From contig DAHVLZ010000040.1 of assembly GCA_027320085.1 (NCBI GenBank), forward strand, positions 1-15,349: a stretch of 15,349 nucleotides of DNA, given 5' to 3'. Shown here piece by piece: positions 1 to 7,786 of the stretch. This DNA is from Pseudomonadota bacterium (GTDB lineage Bacteria > Pseudomonadota > Gammaproteobacteria > JAKAQQ01). Made by a program: the position numbers and the translations under genes. How positions within the stretch are numbered: the stretch's first letter is position 1; every line of letters starts with the position of its first letter. A model generated the notes under the pieces. The model was not told the DNA's origin. It did not search any database and was given only the letters and a program-made list of their open reading frames with translations.

Positions 1-132
1 ATGCCCGGGGACAATACGAAGCTGGTAGTGACACTGATTTCACCGGTGGCGATGGAAGAGGGTCTGCGGTTTGCGATCCGCGAAGGCGGCCATACCGTGG
101 GTGCCGGCGTCGTCAGCAAAGTCCTCGCCTGA
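1..132 (+). CDS. tuf: Elongation factor Tu, C-terminal fragment (5'-truncated by window edge)
   Basis: Frame 1 translates [43 protein letters not shown], the EF-Tu domain III C-terminus ([20 protein letters not shown]). TGA at 130-132. Confidence 0.98.
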   Translation: MPGDNTKLVVTLISPVAMEEGLRFAIREGGHTVGAGVVSKVLA

Positions 133-156
133 GGAAGCGCAGAGTCATGATGGTAC

Positions 157-232
157 AGGCCAGTAGCTCAACTGGTAGAGCAGCGGTCTCCAAAACCGCA
201 GGTTGGGGGTTCGAGTCCCTCCTGGCCTGCCA
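157..232 (+). tRNA. trpT: tRNA-Trp (anticodon CCA)
   Basis: 76-nt cloverleaf: acceptor stem AGGCCAG/CTGGCCT, D arm GCTC..GAGC, anticodon arm GCGGT-CTCCAAA-ACCGC (CCA at 190-192), T loop GTTCGAG, G discriminator and encoded 3' CCA. Usual position between tuf and secE. Confidence 0.98.
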
Positions 233-250
233 GTTCCGGGGCTTCGTTTG

Positions 251-649
251 ATGGTCGCTCCACGGACGCCGGCGGCCGGCCCGATCCGGGAGAGTGAACC
301 TCGCGGGGAAAAGGTCAAGCTTCTCCTGGCGGTGATCCTGCCGGTAGTGGGGCTAGTCGGTTACTACTATTACGACCGGCTCTCGACCGGAATCCGCTTG
401 GGCGGGTTGCTGGCCAGTTTTGTGGTGGCGGTGGGATTCCTCGGTTGGAGCCGGGCCGGGAAAACGCTGTGGAGCTTCGTTCTCGAAGCCCGCACCGAAC
501 TGCGCAAGGTGATTTGGCCGACCCGCAAGGAAACCACCGATACCACGCTCTTTGTTTTGGTCATGGTGATCGTACTCGCGATCCTCTTGTGGCTGATTGA
601 TATGGGTCTCGATTTTGGCATTCGTCTCATCACTGGGCATGCGGGTTGA
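251..649 (+). CDS. secE: Preprotein translocase subunit SecE (three-TM type, 132 aa)
   Basis: Three hydrophobic segments plus the conserved ELRKVIWPTRKET motif; directly upstream of nusG. Start moved from 203 (inside the tRNA) to the in-frame ATG at 251; exact start slightly uncertain. Confidence 0.95.
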   Translation: MVAPRTPAAGPIRESEPRGEKVKLLLAVILPVVGLVGYYYYDRLSTGIRLGGLLASFVVAVGFLGWSRAGKTLWSFVLEARTELRKVIWPTRKETTDTTLFVLVMVIVLAILLWLIDMGLDFGIRLITGHAG

Positions 650-652
650 TCC

Positions 653-1186
653 ATGGCGCTCCAATGGTATGTCCTTCAGACCTACTCCGGATTTGAACGG
701 CAGGCTGAACGTTCGCTCCGTGAACGAGTGCTCTTGCGGGGCATGCAGGATCACTTCGGGGCCATTCTGGTCCCGACCGAGGAAGTGGTTGAGATGCGCG
801 AAGGGCGCAAGCGGAAAAGCGAGCGGAAGTTTTTCCCGGGCTATCTTCTCGTCCAGATGGAACTGGATGACGAAACGTGGCATCTCGTGCGCAGTGTCCC
901 CAAGGTCCTCGGTTTTGTCGGTGGTACGGCTGAACACCCGAAGCCCATTCCAGATGGCGAGGCTGAGGCTATCCTCATGCGGGTGCGGGAAGGGGCCAGC
1001 AAGCCCAAGCCCAAGATCCTGTTCGAGCCCGGCCAGATGGTACGGGTGATTGATGGTCCCTTTAATGATTTCAATGGCATGGTCGAAGAAGTCAACTATG
1101 AGAAAAACCGGTTGCGGGTTTCGGTACGCATTTTTGACCGCTCGACCCCGGTGGATCTCGACTTTTCCCAGGTGGAAAAGGCATAA
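653..1186 (+). CDS. nusG: Transcription termination/antitermination factor NusG
   Basis: [19 protein letters not shown] and KOW-region [13 protein letters not shown]...[17 protein letters not shown] motifs; 177 aa. Confidence 0.99.
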   Translation: MALQWYVLQTYSGFERQAERSLRERVLLRGMQDHFGAILVPTEEVVEMREGRKRKSERKFFPGYLLVQMELDDETWHLVRSVPKVLGFVGGTAEHPKPIPDGEAEAILMRVREGASKPKPKILFEPGQMVRVIDGPFNDFNGMVEEVNYEKNRLRVSVRIFDRSTPVDLDFSQVEKA

Positions 1187-1246
1187 CGCGTGCGGTCCAT
1201 CCCGGTTTGCCGAGGTGGATCTCCCAGAAGGGTGAGGTAACGAGTC

Positions 1247-1681
1247 ATGGCAAAAAAGGTCCAGACGATGATTCGGCTCCAGGTGGCGGCTGGTGCTGCC
1301 AACCCTAGCCCGCCCGTGGGTCCGGCCCTTGGGCAGCATGGAGTCAACATCATGGAATTCTGCAAGGCGTTCAATGCGCAGACCCAGGCGTTGGAGAAGG
1401 GTCTGCCTATCCCAGTCGTGATCACGGTTTATACCGACCGCAGCTTTACGTTCATTACCAAGACGCCCCCGGCCTCGGTGCTGATCCGGAAAGCCATCGG
1501 GCTTGAGAAGGGCAGCGCAACACCCAACACCGCGAAGGTGGGACGGCTGACACGCGCTCAGGTGGAGGCTATCGCAAGGACCAAGCAGCCAGATCTCACG
1601 GCGGCGGATCTTGATGCGGCCGTCCGTTCCATTGCAGGAACTGCTAGGAGCATGGGTGTTGACGTGGAGGTTGGGCCATGA
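1247..1681 (+). CDS. rplK: 50S ribosomal protein L11 (uL11)
   Basis: [27 protein letters not shown] and [12 protein letters not shown] motifs; SD GAGGT at 1234-1238. Confidence 0.99.
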   Translation: MAKKVQTMIRLQVAAGAANPSPPVGPALGQHGVNIMEFCKAFNAQTQALEKGLPIPVVITVYTDRSFTFITKTPPASVLIRKAIGLEKGSATPNTAKVGRLTRAQVEAIARTKQPDLTAADLDAAVRSIAGTARSMGVDVEVGP

Positions 1682-2373
1682 GACTCAGCAAGCGGTTTCG
1701 TGCCATCCGGCAGCGCCTACCCGGAGGGGGGCGCAGCTATCCCATCGGGGAGGCCATCGTCCTGCTCAAGGAGCTTTCCACCGTGCGTTTCCGGGAAAGC
1801 GTTGATGTGGCGATCAATCTCGGAATCGATGCCAAGAAGGGTGACCAAGTGGTTCGGGGTGCGACCGTATTGCCGAATGGTACGGGCAAGTCGACCCGGG
1901 TTGCGGTCTTTGCCCAGGGGGCAGCGGCCGAGCAGGCCCGGCAGGCAGGTGCTGACCTCGTCGGTATGGAGGACCTAGCCGAGCGGATCCGCGGCGGGGC
2001 GATTGAATTCGATGTTTTGATTGCGGCTCCCGATGCCATGCGCATGGTGAGCCCTTTGGGTCAGATTCTGGGCCCGCGTGGACTCATGCCCAACCCCAAA
2101 GTGGGAACTGTGACCCCGGATGTGGCCCAGGCAGTCCGCAATGCCAAGGCAGGACAGGTCCGTTATCGCGCCGATAAGGCCGGAATCGTCCACTGCACCA
2201 TCGGCAAGGTCGATTTTGAGCCACGTGCGCTCCAGCAGAATTTGCAGGTACTTTTGACCGATCTCGTGCGTGCCAAACCGGCGACCGCGAAAGGGCAGTA
2301 TCTGCGCAAGCTCACCCTCTCGACCACGATGGGGCCTGGGCTTGTGATCGATCTGGCCACACTCGAGTACTGA
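1678..2373 (+). CDS. rplA: 50S ribosomal protein L1 (uL1)
   Basis: [28 protein letters not shown] and STTMGPG motifs; ATGA overlap with the rplK stop suggests translational coupling. Confidence 0.99.
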   Translation: MRLSKRFRAIRQRLPGGGRSYPIGEAIVLLKELSTVRFRESVDVAINLGIDAKKGDQVVRGATVLPNGTGKSTRVAVFAQGAAAEQARQAGADLVGMEDLAERIRGGAIEFDVLIAAPDAMRMVSPLGQILGPRGLMPNPKVGTVTPDVAQAVRNAKAGQVRYRADKAGIVHCTIGKVDFEPRALQQNLQVLLTDLVRAKPATAKGQYLRKLTLSTTMGPGLVIDLATLEY

Positions 2374-2402
2374 TTCCAGAGGGATCAGGATCGGGAGCCG
2401 GA

Positions 2403-2520
2403 GCCCGGAAATCCGTGTCCGGGCCAGTCAGAGACCGCAGGGGCCTCCACGGTCGGAGGGGGCTTAATCGCCTGCGTAGACGGTGAGACGGATCGGGGGA
2501 GCGCATCCCTCGTGCCACCG
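2403..2520 (+). promoter_or_regulatory. L10 leader (rplJL autoregulatory RNA)
   Basis: Pattern GTC-AGAGAC-CGCAGG(2436-2441)...CCTCC/GGAGG inner hairpin...TTAAT(2464-2468)...CCTGCG(2471-2476)-TA-GAC matches the L10(L12)n-binding leader. Flanking stems GCCCGGA/TCCGGGC (2403-2424) and CGGTG/CACCG (2481-2520). Boundaries approximate. Confidence 0.88.
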
Positions 2521-2571
2521 CGGGGCTCCCGGAAGGGATCCCCCTTGCACGTTCCGACCGGGAGATGATTC

Positions 2572-3105
2572 ATGCCACTGAGACTGAACGAAAAGCAGCA
2601 ACGCGTCGAGGAACTAGCCAAGCTTGCGCGTACGGCCCAGGCAGCCATTGCCCTGGATTACCGGGGAATGAATGCCGGCCAGATGACAAGTCTGAGACAG
2701 ACCGCCCGAAGTCAGGGAGTTTATCTCAAGGTTGTCCGCAACACGCTGGCGAAACGGGCCTTGGCAGACACCGACTATGCCTGTCTCGATGAGATCCTGA
2801 CCGGCCCCGTGCTTTTGGCATTGGCGCTTCGGGATCCCGCCGAGGCGGCCCGGGTCATTCGCCAGTTTATAGGCGAAGACCAGCCGCTCAAAGTCCGTGG
2901 GCTCGCCCTCGGACGGCGGTTGTTGCCGGCTTCGGATCTTACCCGTTTGGCCGACCTACCTTCGGCCAGCGAGGCAGTAGCACGACTCATGGCGACACTC
3001 CAGGCGCCTGTCAGCCGTCTGGTCGGCACGCTGACGGCGCCTACCGCGAAACTGGTCCGGACGCTGGCGGCCTTGCGCGATCAAAAAGCGCGGGCTGGCA
3101 TCTGA
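2572..3105 (+). CDS. rplJ: 50S ribosomal protein L10 (uL10)
   Basis: DYRGM, LKVVRNTLAKRAL, LTGP and LADLPS motifs; SD GGGAG at 2560-2564; 177 aa. Confidence 0.98.
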   Translation: MPLRLNEKQQRVEELAKLARTAQAAIALDYRGMNAGQMTSLRQTARSQGVYLKVVRNTLAKRALADTDYACLDEILTGPVLLALALRDPAEAARVIRQFIGEDQPLKVRGLALGRRLLPASDLTRLADLPSASEAVARLMATLQAPVSRLVGTLTAPTAKLVRTLAALRDQKARAGI

Positions 3106-3158
3106 ATCAAACACCCCCCATCCATCCCCACCCGGGGACCTGACCGTAGAGGTATGAC

Positions 3159-3539
3159 ATGGCAATCAGCAAAGATGACATTCTCGAAACCATCTCCAAG
3201 ATGACCGTCCTTGAGATTGTGGACCTCATTTCCGCCATGGAAGAAAAGTTCCATGTGACAGCGGCTCAACCTGTCGCCATGGCCGCACCGGCGGCCGGAG
3301 GCGCAGCTGCCGCGGCGGTGGAGGAGAAGACAGAATTCACGGTTTCCTTGGCGAGTTTTGGTGCAAATAAAGTCAACGTGATCAAGGTGGTCCGTTCTCT
3401 TACCGGCCTCGGACTCAAAGAAGCCAAGGATCTAGTCGAAGGTGCGCCCTCGGTGGTCAAGGAAGGCGTGAACAAGGCCGACGCTGAGAAGATGAAGAAA
3501 GAACTGGAGGAAGCAGGCGCCACCGTGGAGATCAAGTGA
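3159..3539 (+). CDS. rplL: 50S ribosomal protein L7/L12 (bL12)
   Basis: Ala-rich hinge, [33 protein letters not shown]; SD GAGGT at 3149-3153. Confidence 0.99.
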   Translation: MAISKDDILETISKMTVLEIVDLISAMEEKFHVTAAQPVAMAAPAAGGAAAAAVEEKTEFTVSLASFGANKVNVIKVVRSLTGLGLKEAKDLVEGAPSVVKEGVNKADAEKMKKELEEAGATVEIK

Positions 3540-3571
3540 GCCAAGTCCAGCCGGGGAGAGGGGCTGGCCGA

Positions 3572-3609
3572 CTGGTTCGACGGACGGTCTGGAACCGTCC
3601 GTCGACCGG
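3572..3609 (+). promoter_or_regulatory. Strong stem-loop in the rplL-rpoB spacer (possible attenuator, pause or processing site)
   Basis: Perfect 12-bp inverted repeat TCGACGGACGGT (3577-3588) / ACCGTCCGTCGA (3594-3605) with loop CTGGA, extendable by CTGG/CCGG with a 1-nt bulge. No U-tract follows. Function inferred from position only. Confidence 0.6.
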
Positions 3610-3657
3610 ATTCTGAACATCAGTGGATCTGAAAGCCGCAGTCGCGGAGGAGTTCGT

Positions 3658-6600
3658 ATGCCTTATTCGCTGACCGAAAAAAAGCGCGTCCGGAAGAATT
3701 TTTCAGGCCGGCCTGCGGTTCTCAAAGTGCCTCCCCTGCTTGAGATGCAGGTCGATTCCTACGCCCAGTTTCTCCAGCAGGATGTGGAGCCGACTTCGCG
3801 CCGGGACGTTGGGCTGCAGGCTGCGCTCAAGTCCATCTTTCCCATCCGTGCCTATTCTGGAACCGCGGCCCTGGATTTTGTCCGTTACCAGATCGGGGAC
3901 CCACCTTTCGACGTGCGCGAATGCCTGCTCCGGGGTCTCAATTACGCGGCCCCGCTGCGTGCAGTGGTCCGGTTGGTCCTCTATGACCGCGAAAGCCCCT
4001 CTGACAACCGTGCGGTCAAAAGTATTGAGGAGCAAGAGGTTTACCTCGGTGAGCTGCCGCTCATGACCGAGACCGGAACGTTTGTAATCAACGGCACCGA
4101 ACGAGTGGTGGTCAGCCAATTGCACCGGTCTCCCGGCGTCTTTTTCGAGAGTGATCGCGGCAAGTCACATTCCTCAGGGAAGGTTCTTTACTCTGCCCGC
4201 ATCATCCCCTATCGGGGGTCGTGGCTCGATTTCGAGTTTGATGCCAAAGACTGCCTGTACGTCCGCATTGACCGCCGGCGCAAGCTGCCAGTCACGATCC
4301 TGCTGCGTGCGCTCGGACTTGATGATGCGGAGATGCTTGCCACCTTTTTTGAGCACAACGTGTTCCATGTGACGCCCAGTGGCTTGATCCTCGATCTGGT
4401 TCCCGAACGACTCCGTGGCGAGATCGCCGCGTTCCCCATCAAGCTGGAAGACCGGGTTCTGGTCGAGGAAGGTCGCCGGGTCACGGCCCGCCAGGTCCGC
4501 GAGCTCAAAAACGCAGGTGTCCGGCGGCTTTCCGTTCCCATGGCCTATGCCGCAGCGCGCATTTTGGCTCATGATCTCGTCCATCCCGAGACTGGTGAGC
4601 TCTTGGCTCGTGCCAACGAGGAACTTACGCTCGAAACCCTCCAGAAAATCATGGGCGTGGGGATTACCCAGTTCAGCACGCTGTATGTGAACGATGTGGA
4701 CCGAGGTCCTTTCATCTCCCAGACCCTGCGGCTAGATCCAACGCACAGCCCGCTTGAGGCGTTGGTCGAGATCTACCGCATGATGCGCCCGGGGGAACCG
4801 CCGACACGTGATGCCGCGGAGATGCTGTTCAACAACCTTTTCTTCGTGCCTGAACGTTATGACCTATCGGCCGTAGGGCGAATGAAATTCAACAAGCGCC
4901 TCGGCCGCTCAGATGACGAGGGTCCGCTGGTTCTGACGCGAGAGGACATCCTCGATGTAGTGAAGACGCTGATCGGGATCCGAAACGGGGAGGGATCTGT
5001 AGATGATATCGACCACTTGGGTAACCGGCGCATCCGTTCAGTTGGGGAAATGGTTGAAAACGCCTTCCGGGTGGGGCTGGTCCGGGTTGAACGGGCAGTC
5101 CGTGAAAGGCTGGCTCTGGCCGAGTCCGAGGGGCTTAAACCACAGGATCTCATCAATGCGAAGCCGGTGGTGGCTTCCATCAAGGAGTTTTTCAGCTCCT
5201 CCCAGCTGTCCCAGTTCATGGATCAGAACAATCCCCTATCCGAGGTGACGCACAAGCGTAGGGTATCGGCGCTAGGTCCAGGTGGGCTCACCCGTGAGCG
5301 GGCAGGTTTCGAGGTGCGGGACGTTCATGCTACCCACTACGGCCGGGTTTGCCCGATCGAGACGCCGGAGGGACCCAATATCGGTCTCATTAACTCGTTG
5401 GCCGTCTATGCCCGGACCAACCCCTACGGTTTCTTGGAGACACCGTACCGGAGGGTGGATCAGGGCCGGGTTACCGAAACCGTCGAATACCTGTCAGCTA
5501 TCGAGGAGGGACGGTTTGTGATTGCCCAGGCGAATGCCCAGCTGGATGGTGACGGGCGCTTTGTGGAGGAGCTGGTTTCCTGCCGCTTCAACAACGAGTT
5601 TGCCTTGTCCACTCCGGACCGGATCCAGTATATGGATGTATCGCCGATGCAGATTGTGTCGATCGCCGCGGCGCTCATTCCGTTTCTGGAACATGACGAT
5701 GCCAATCGGGCGCTCATGGGCTCGAACATGCAACGTCAGGCAGTCCCGGTTCTGAGGACTGACAAGCCTCTGGTTGGCACGGGCCTTGAGCGGACTGTCG
5801 CGATTGATTCGGGGGCTACTCTGGTTGCCCGACGCAGTGGCGTTGTCGATGCGGTGGACGCTGGCCGGATTGTGGTCCGGGTCGACGATACCGAAACCGC
5901 AGCCGGGGAGGCTGGGGTCGACATCTATAACCTGACCAAGTACCAGCGCTCCAACCAAAACACCTGCATCAATCAGCGCCCTCGGGTTCAGAACGGCGAA
6001 CGTATCGAGTGTGGAGATGTACTTGCGGATGGGTCTTCGACAGATCTCGGCGAGCTTGCTCTCGGCCAGAATCTCCGGGTAGCCTTCATGCCATGGAACG
6101 GCTACAACTTTGAAGATGCAATCCTGATTTCCGAGCGACTCGTGGAGGAAGAACGGTTTACCTCGATCCATATTGAGGAACTCTCCTGCATGGCCCGGGA
6201 CACCAAGCTCGGTTCCGAGGAAATCACGAGTGACATCCCGAACGTGAACGAGGCAGCGCTCGCCAACCTTGATGAGGCGGGGATCGCCTTCATCGGGGCT
6301 GAAGTCAAGGCCGGGGACATCTTGGTTGGGAAGGTCACGCCCAAGGGAGAAACCCAACTTACCCCTGAGGAGAAGCTGCTGCGAGCGATTTTTGGTGAGA
6401 AAGCCTCCGAGGTGAAAGACACCTCGCTCCGGGTTCCTCCGGGGATGGACGGAACCGTGATCGATGTGCGGGTCTTTACGCGCGAGGGAATGGAAAAAGA
6501 TTCCCGCGCCCAGGCCATCGAGGCGGCTGAGCTGGCTCGTGCCCGCAAAGATCTGGATGATCAGCGGCGTATTCTCGAGGATGACCTTTTCATGCGGGCT

Positions 6601-7737
6601 GCCCGGCTACTCATCGGCAAGGTGGCCGAAGGGGGACCGCAAAAGCTCGCCAAAGGTGCTCGGGTTACCCAGGGTTATCTCGATGGACTTGATCGCGACC
6701 AGTGGTTCAGCATCCGTCTCCACAACGAAGAGGCAACAGAAGCGCTCGAGCAGTTGTCTGAGCAACTGGCCCAGCAGCGGCTTCTCTTCGAGCGCCGGTA
6801 TGAGGAGAAAAAGCGGAAGATCAAAGCGGGAGATGAGCTGCCACCCGGCGTGATCAAAATGGTCAAGGTCTATCTCGCGGTCAAGCGGCACATCCAGGCT
6901 GGAGACAAGATGGCAGGTCGCCATGGCAACAAGGGCGTAATTTCCCTGATTGTCCCCGTTGAGGACATGCCGTACACGGAGGATGGCCAGCCGGTAGATA
7001 TCGTGCTCAATCCGCTGGGCGTGCCTTCCCGGATGAATATTGGTCAGATCCTGGAGGCTCATCTCGGCTGGGCGGTCAAGACGCTTGGTGAACGCATCGG
7101 GGATTTGGTACGCCGCGAGGCTGATACGGCAGAACTTCGGCGCTTCCTCGACTTGGTCTACAACGGGGCCGGAGGTGAGCCGGTGAGACTGAACGAGCTT
7201 TCGGATGGTGAAATCCGGGCTCTGGCCGAGCGACTGGAGGATGGCATACCGGTCTCGACCCCCGTTTTTGACGGGGCGAGCGAGTCCCAGATCCGTCACC
7301 TCCTCAAACTGGCCGGCCTGTCCACGTCGGGGCAAACCCGGCTTTATGACGGCCGTACGGGCGAAGCCTTCGACCGTCCCGTGACAGTGGGCTATGTCTA
7401 CATGTTCAAGCTTAACCACTTGGTTGACGACAAGATGCATGCCCGCTCGACTGGTCCGTACAGTCTCGTGACTCAGCAACCCCTTGGTGGGAAGGCCCAG
7501 TTCGGAGGCCAGCGTTTCGGGGAAATGGAGGTCTGGGCACTTGAAGCTTATGGGGCGTCCTACACGCTCCAGGAGATGCTGACCGTCAAGTCCGATGACG
7601 TTGAGGGACGTACCCGCATGTACAAAAACATCGTCGATGATGACTTGCGTATGGAGGCTGGGATGCCGGAGTCGTTCAATGTCCTGGTCCGCGAGATCCG
7701 ATCGCTGGCCATCAATATCGAGATGGAGCAGTTCTGA
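3658..7737 (+). CDS. rpoB: DNA-directed RNA polymerase subunit beta
   Basis: 1359 aa; [44 protein letters not shown] and [17 protein letters not shown] motifs; SD GGAGG at 3646-3650; double stop TGATGA. Confidence 0.99.
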   Translation: MPYSLTEKKRVRKNFSGRPAVLKVPPLLEMQVDSYAQFLQQDVEPTSRRDVGLQAALKSIFPIRAYSGTAALDFVRYQIGDPPFDVRECLLRGLNYAAPLRAVVRLVLYDRESPSDNRAVKSIEEQEVYLGELPLMTETGTFVINGTERVVVSQLHRSPGVFFESDRGKSHSSGKVLYSARIIPYRGSWLDFEFDAKDCLYVRIDRRRKLPVTILLRALGLDDAEMLATFFEHNVFHVTPSGLILDLVPERLRGEIAAFPIKLEDRVLVEEGRRVTARQVRELKNAGVRRLSVPMAYAAARILAHDLVHPETGELLARANEELTLETLQKIMGVGITQFSTLYVNDVDRGPFISQTLRLDPTHSPLEALVEIYRMMRPGEPPTRDAAEMLFNNLFFVPERYDLSAVGRMKFNKRLGRSDDEGPLVLTREDILDVVKTLIGIRNGEGSVDDIDHLGNRRIRSVGEMVENAFRVGLVRVERAVRERLALAESEGLKPQDLINAKPVVASIKEFFSSSQLSQFMDQNNPLSEVTHKRRVSALGPGGLTRERAGFEVRDVHATHYGRVCPIETPEGPNIGLINSLAVYARTNPYGFLETPYRRVDQGRVTETVEYLSAIEEGRFVIAQANAQLDGDGRFVEELVSCRFNNEFALSTPDRIQYMDVSPMQIVSIAAALIPFLEHDDANRALMGSNMQRQAVPVLRTDKPLVGTGLERTVAIDSGATLVARRSGVVDAVDAGRIVVRVDDTETAAGEAGVDIYNLTKYQRSNQNTCINQRPRVQNGERIECGDVLADGSSTDLGELALGQNLRVAFMPWNGYNFEDAILISERLVEEERFTSIHIEELSCMARDTKLGSEEITSDIPNVNEAALANLDEAGIAFIGAEVKAGDILVGKVTPKGETQLTPEEKLLRAIFGEKASEVKDTSLRVPPGMDGTVIDVRVFTREGMEKDSRAQAIEAAELARARKDLDDQRRILEDDLFMRAARLLIGKVAEGGPQKLAKGARVTQGYLDGLDRDQWFSIRLHNEEATEALEQLSEQLAQQRLLFERRYEEKKRKIKAGDELPPGVIKMVKVYLAVKRHIQAGDKMAGRHGNKGVISLIVPVEDMPYTEDGQPVDIVLNPLGVPSRMNIGQILEAHLGWAVKTLGERIGDLVRREADTAELRRFLDLVYNGAGGEPVRLNELSDGEIRALAERLEDGIPVSTPVFDGASESQIRHLLKLAGLSTSGQTRLYDGRTGEAFDRPVTVGYVYMFKLNHLVDDKMHARSTGPYSLVTQQPLGGKAQFGGQRFGEMEVWALEAYGASYTLQEMLTVKSDDVEGRTRMYKNIVDDDLRMEAGMPESFNVLVREIRSLAINIEMEQF

Positions 7738-7786
7738 TGACCGGCCATGCTCCGGGAACGTGGGGCCCCTGCCGTGGAGATCTTCC

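Noticed and set aside
203-250. N-terminal extension of the secE ORF starting at 203
   Set aside because: It starts inside tRNA-Trp (157-232); the ATG at 251 gives a normal-length SecE.
647-655. secE stop is in frame with the nusG start (TGA-TCC-ATG), so readthrough would give a SecE-NusG fusion
   Set aside because: One-in-three chance of being in frame, no readthrough signal visible, and ordinary translational coupling explains the spacing.
1150-1223. 10-bp direct repeat GGTGGATCTC at 1150-1159 and 1214-1223
   Set aside because: One copy encodes conserved NusG residues and the repeats enclose no insertion-like sequence; probably chance.
353-1339. 328-aa antisense ORF across secE-nusG-rplK
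   Set aside because: The three genes share one reading frame, so the codon-aligned antisense frame stays open in GC-rich DNA. No recognisable protein motif.
7595-7786. 64-aa N-terminal extension of RpoC, or an rpoB-rpoC fusion or frameshift
   Set aside because: rpoB ends in a double stop (TGATGA), and rpoC has its own SD and ATG at 7787, where homology begins.
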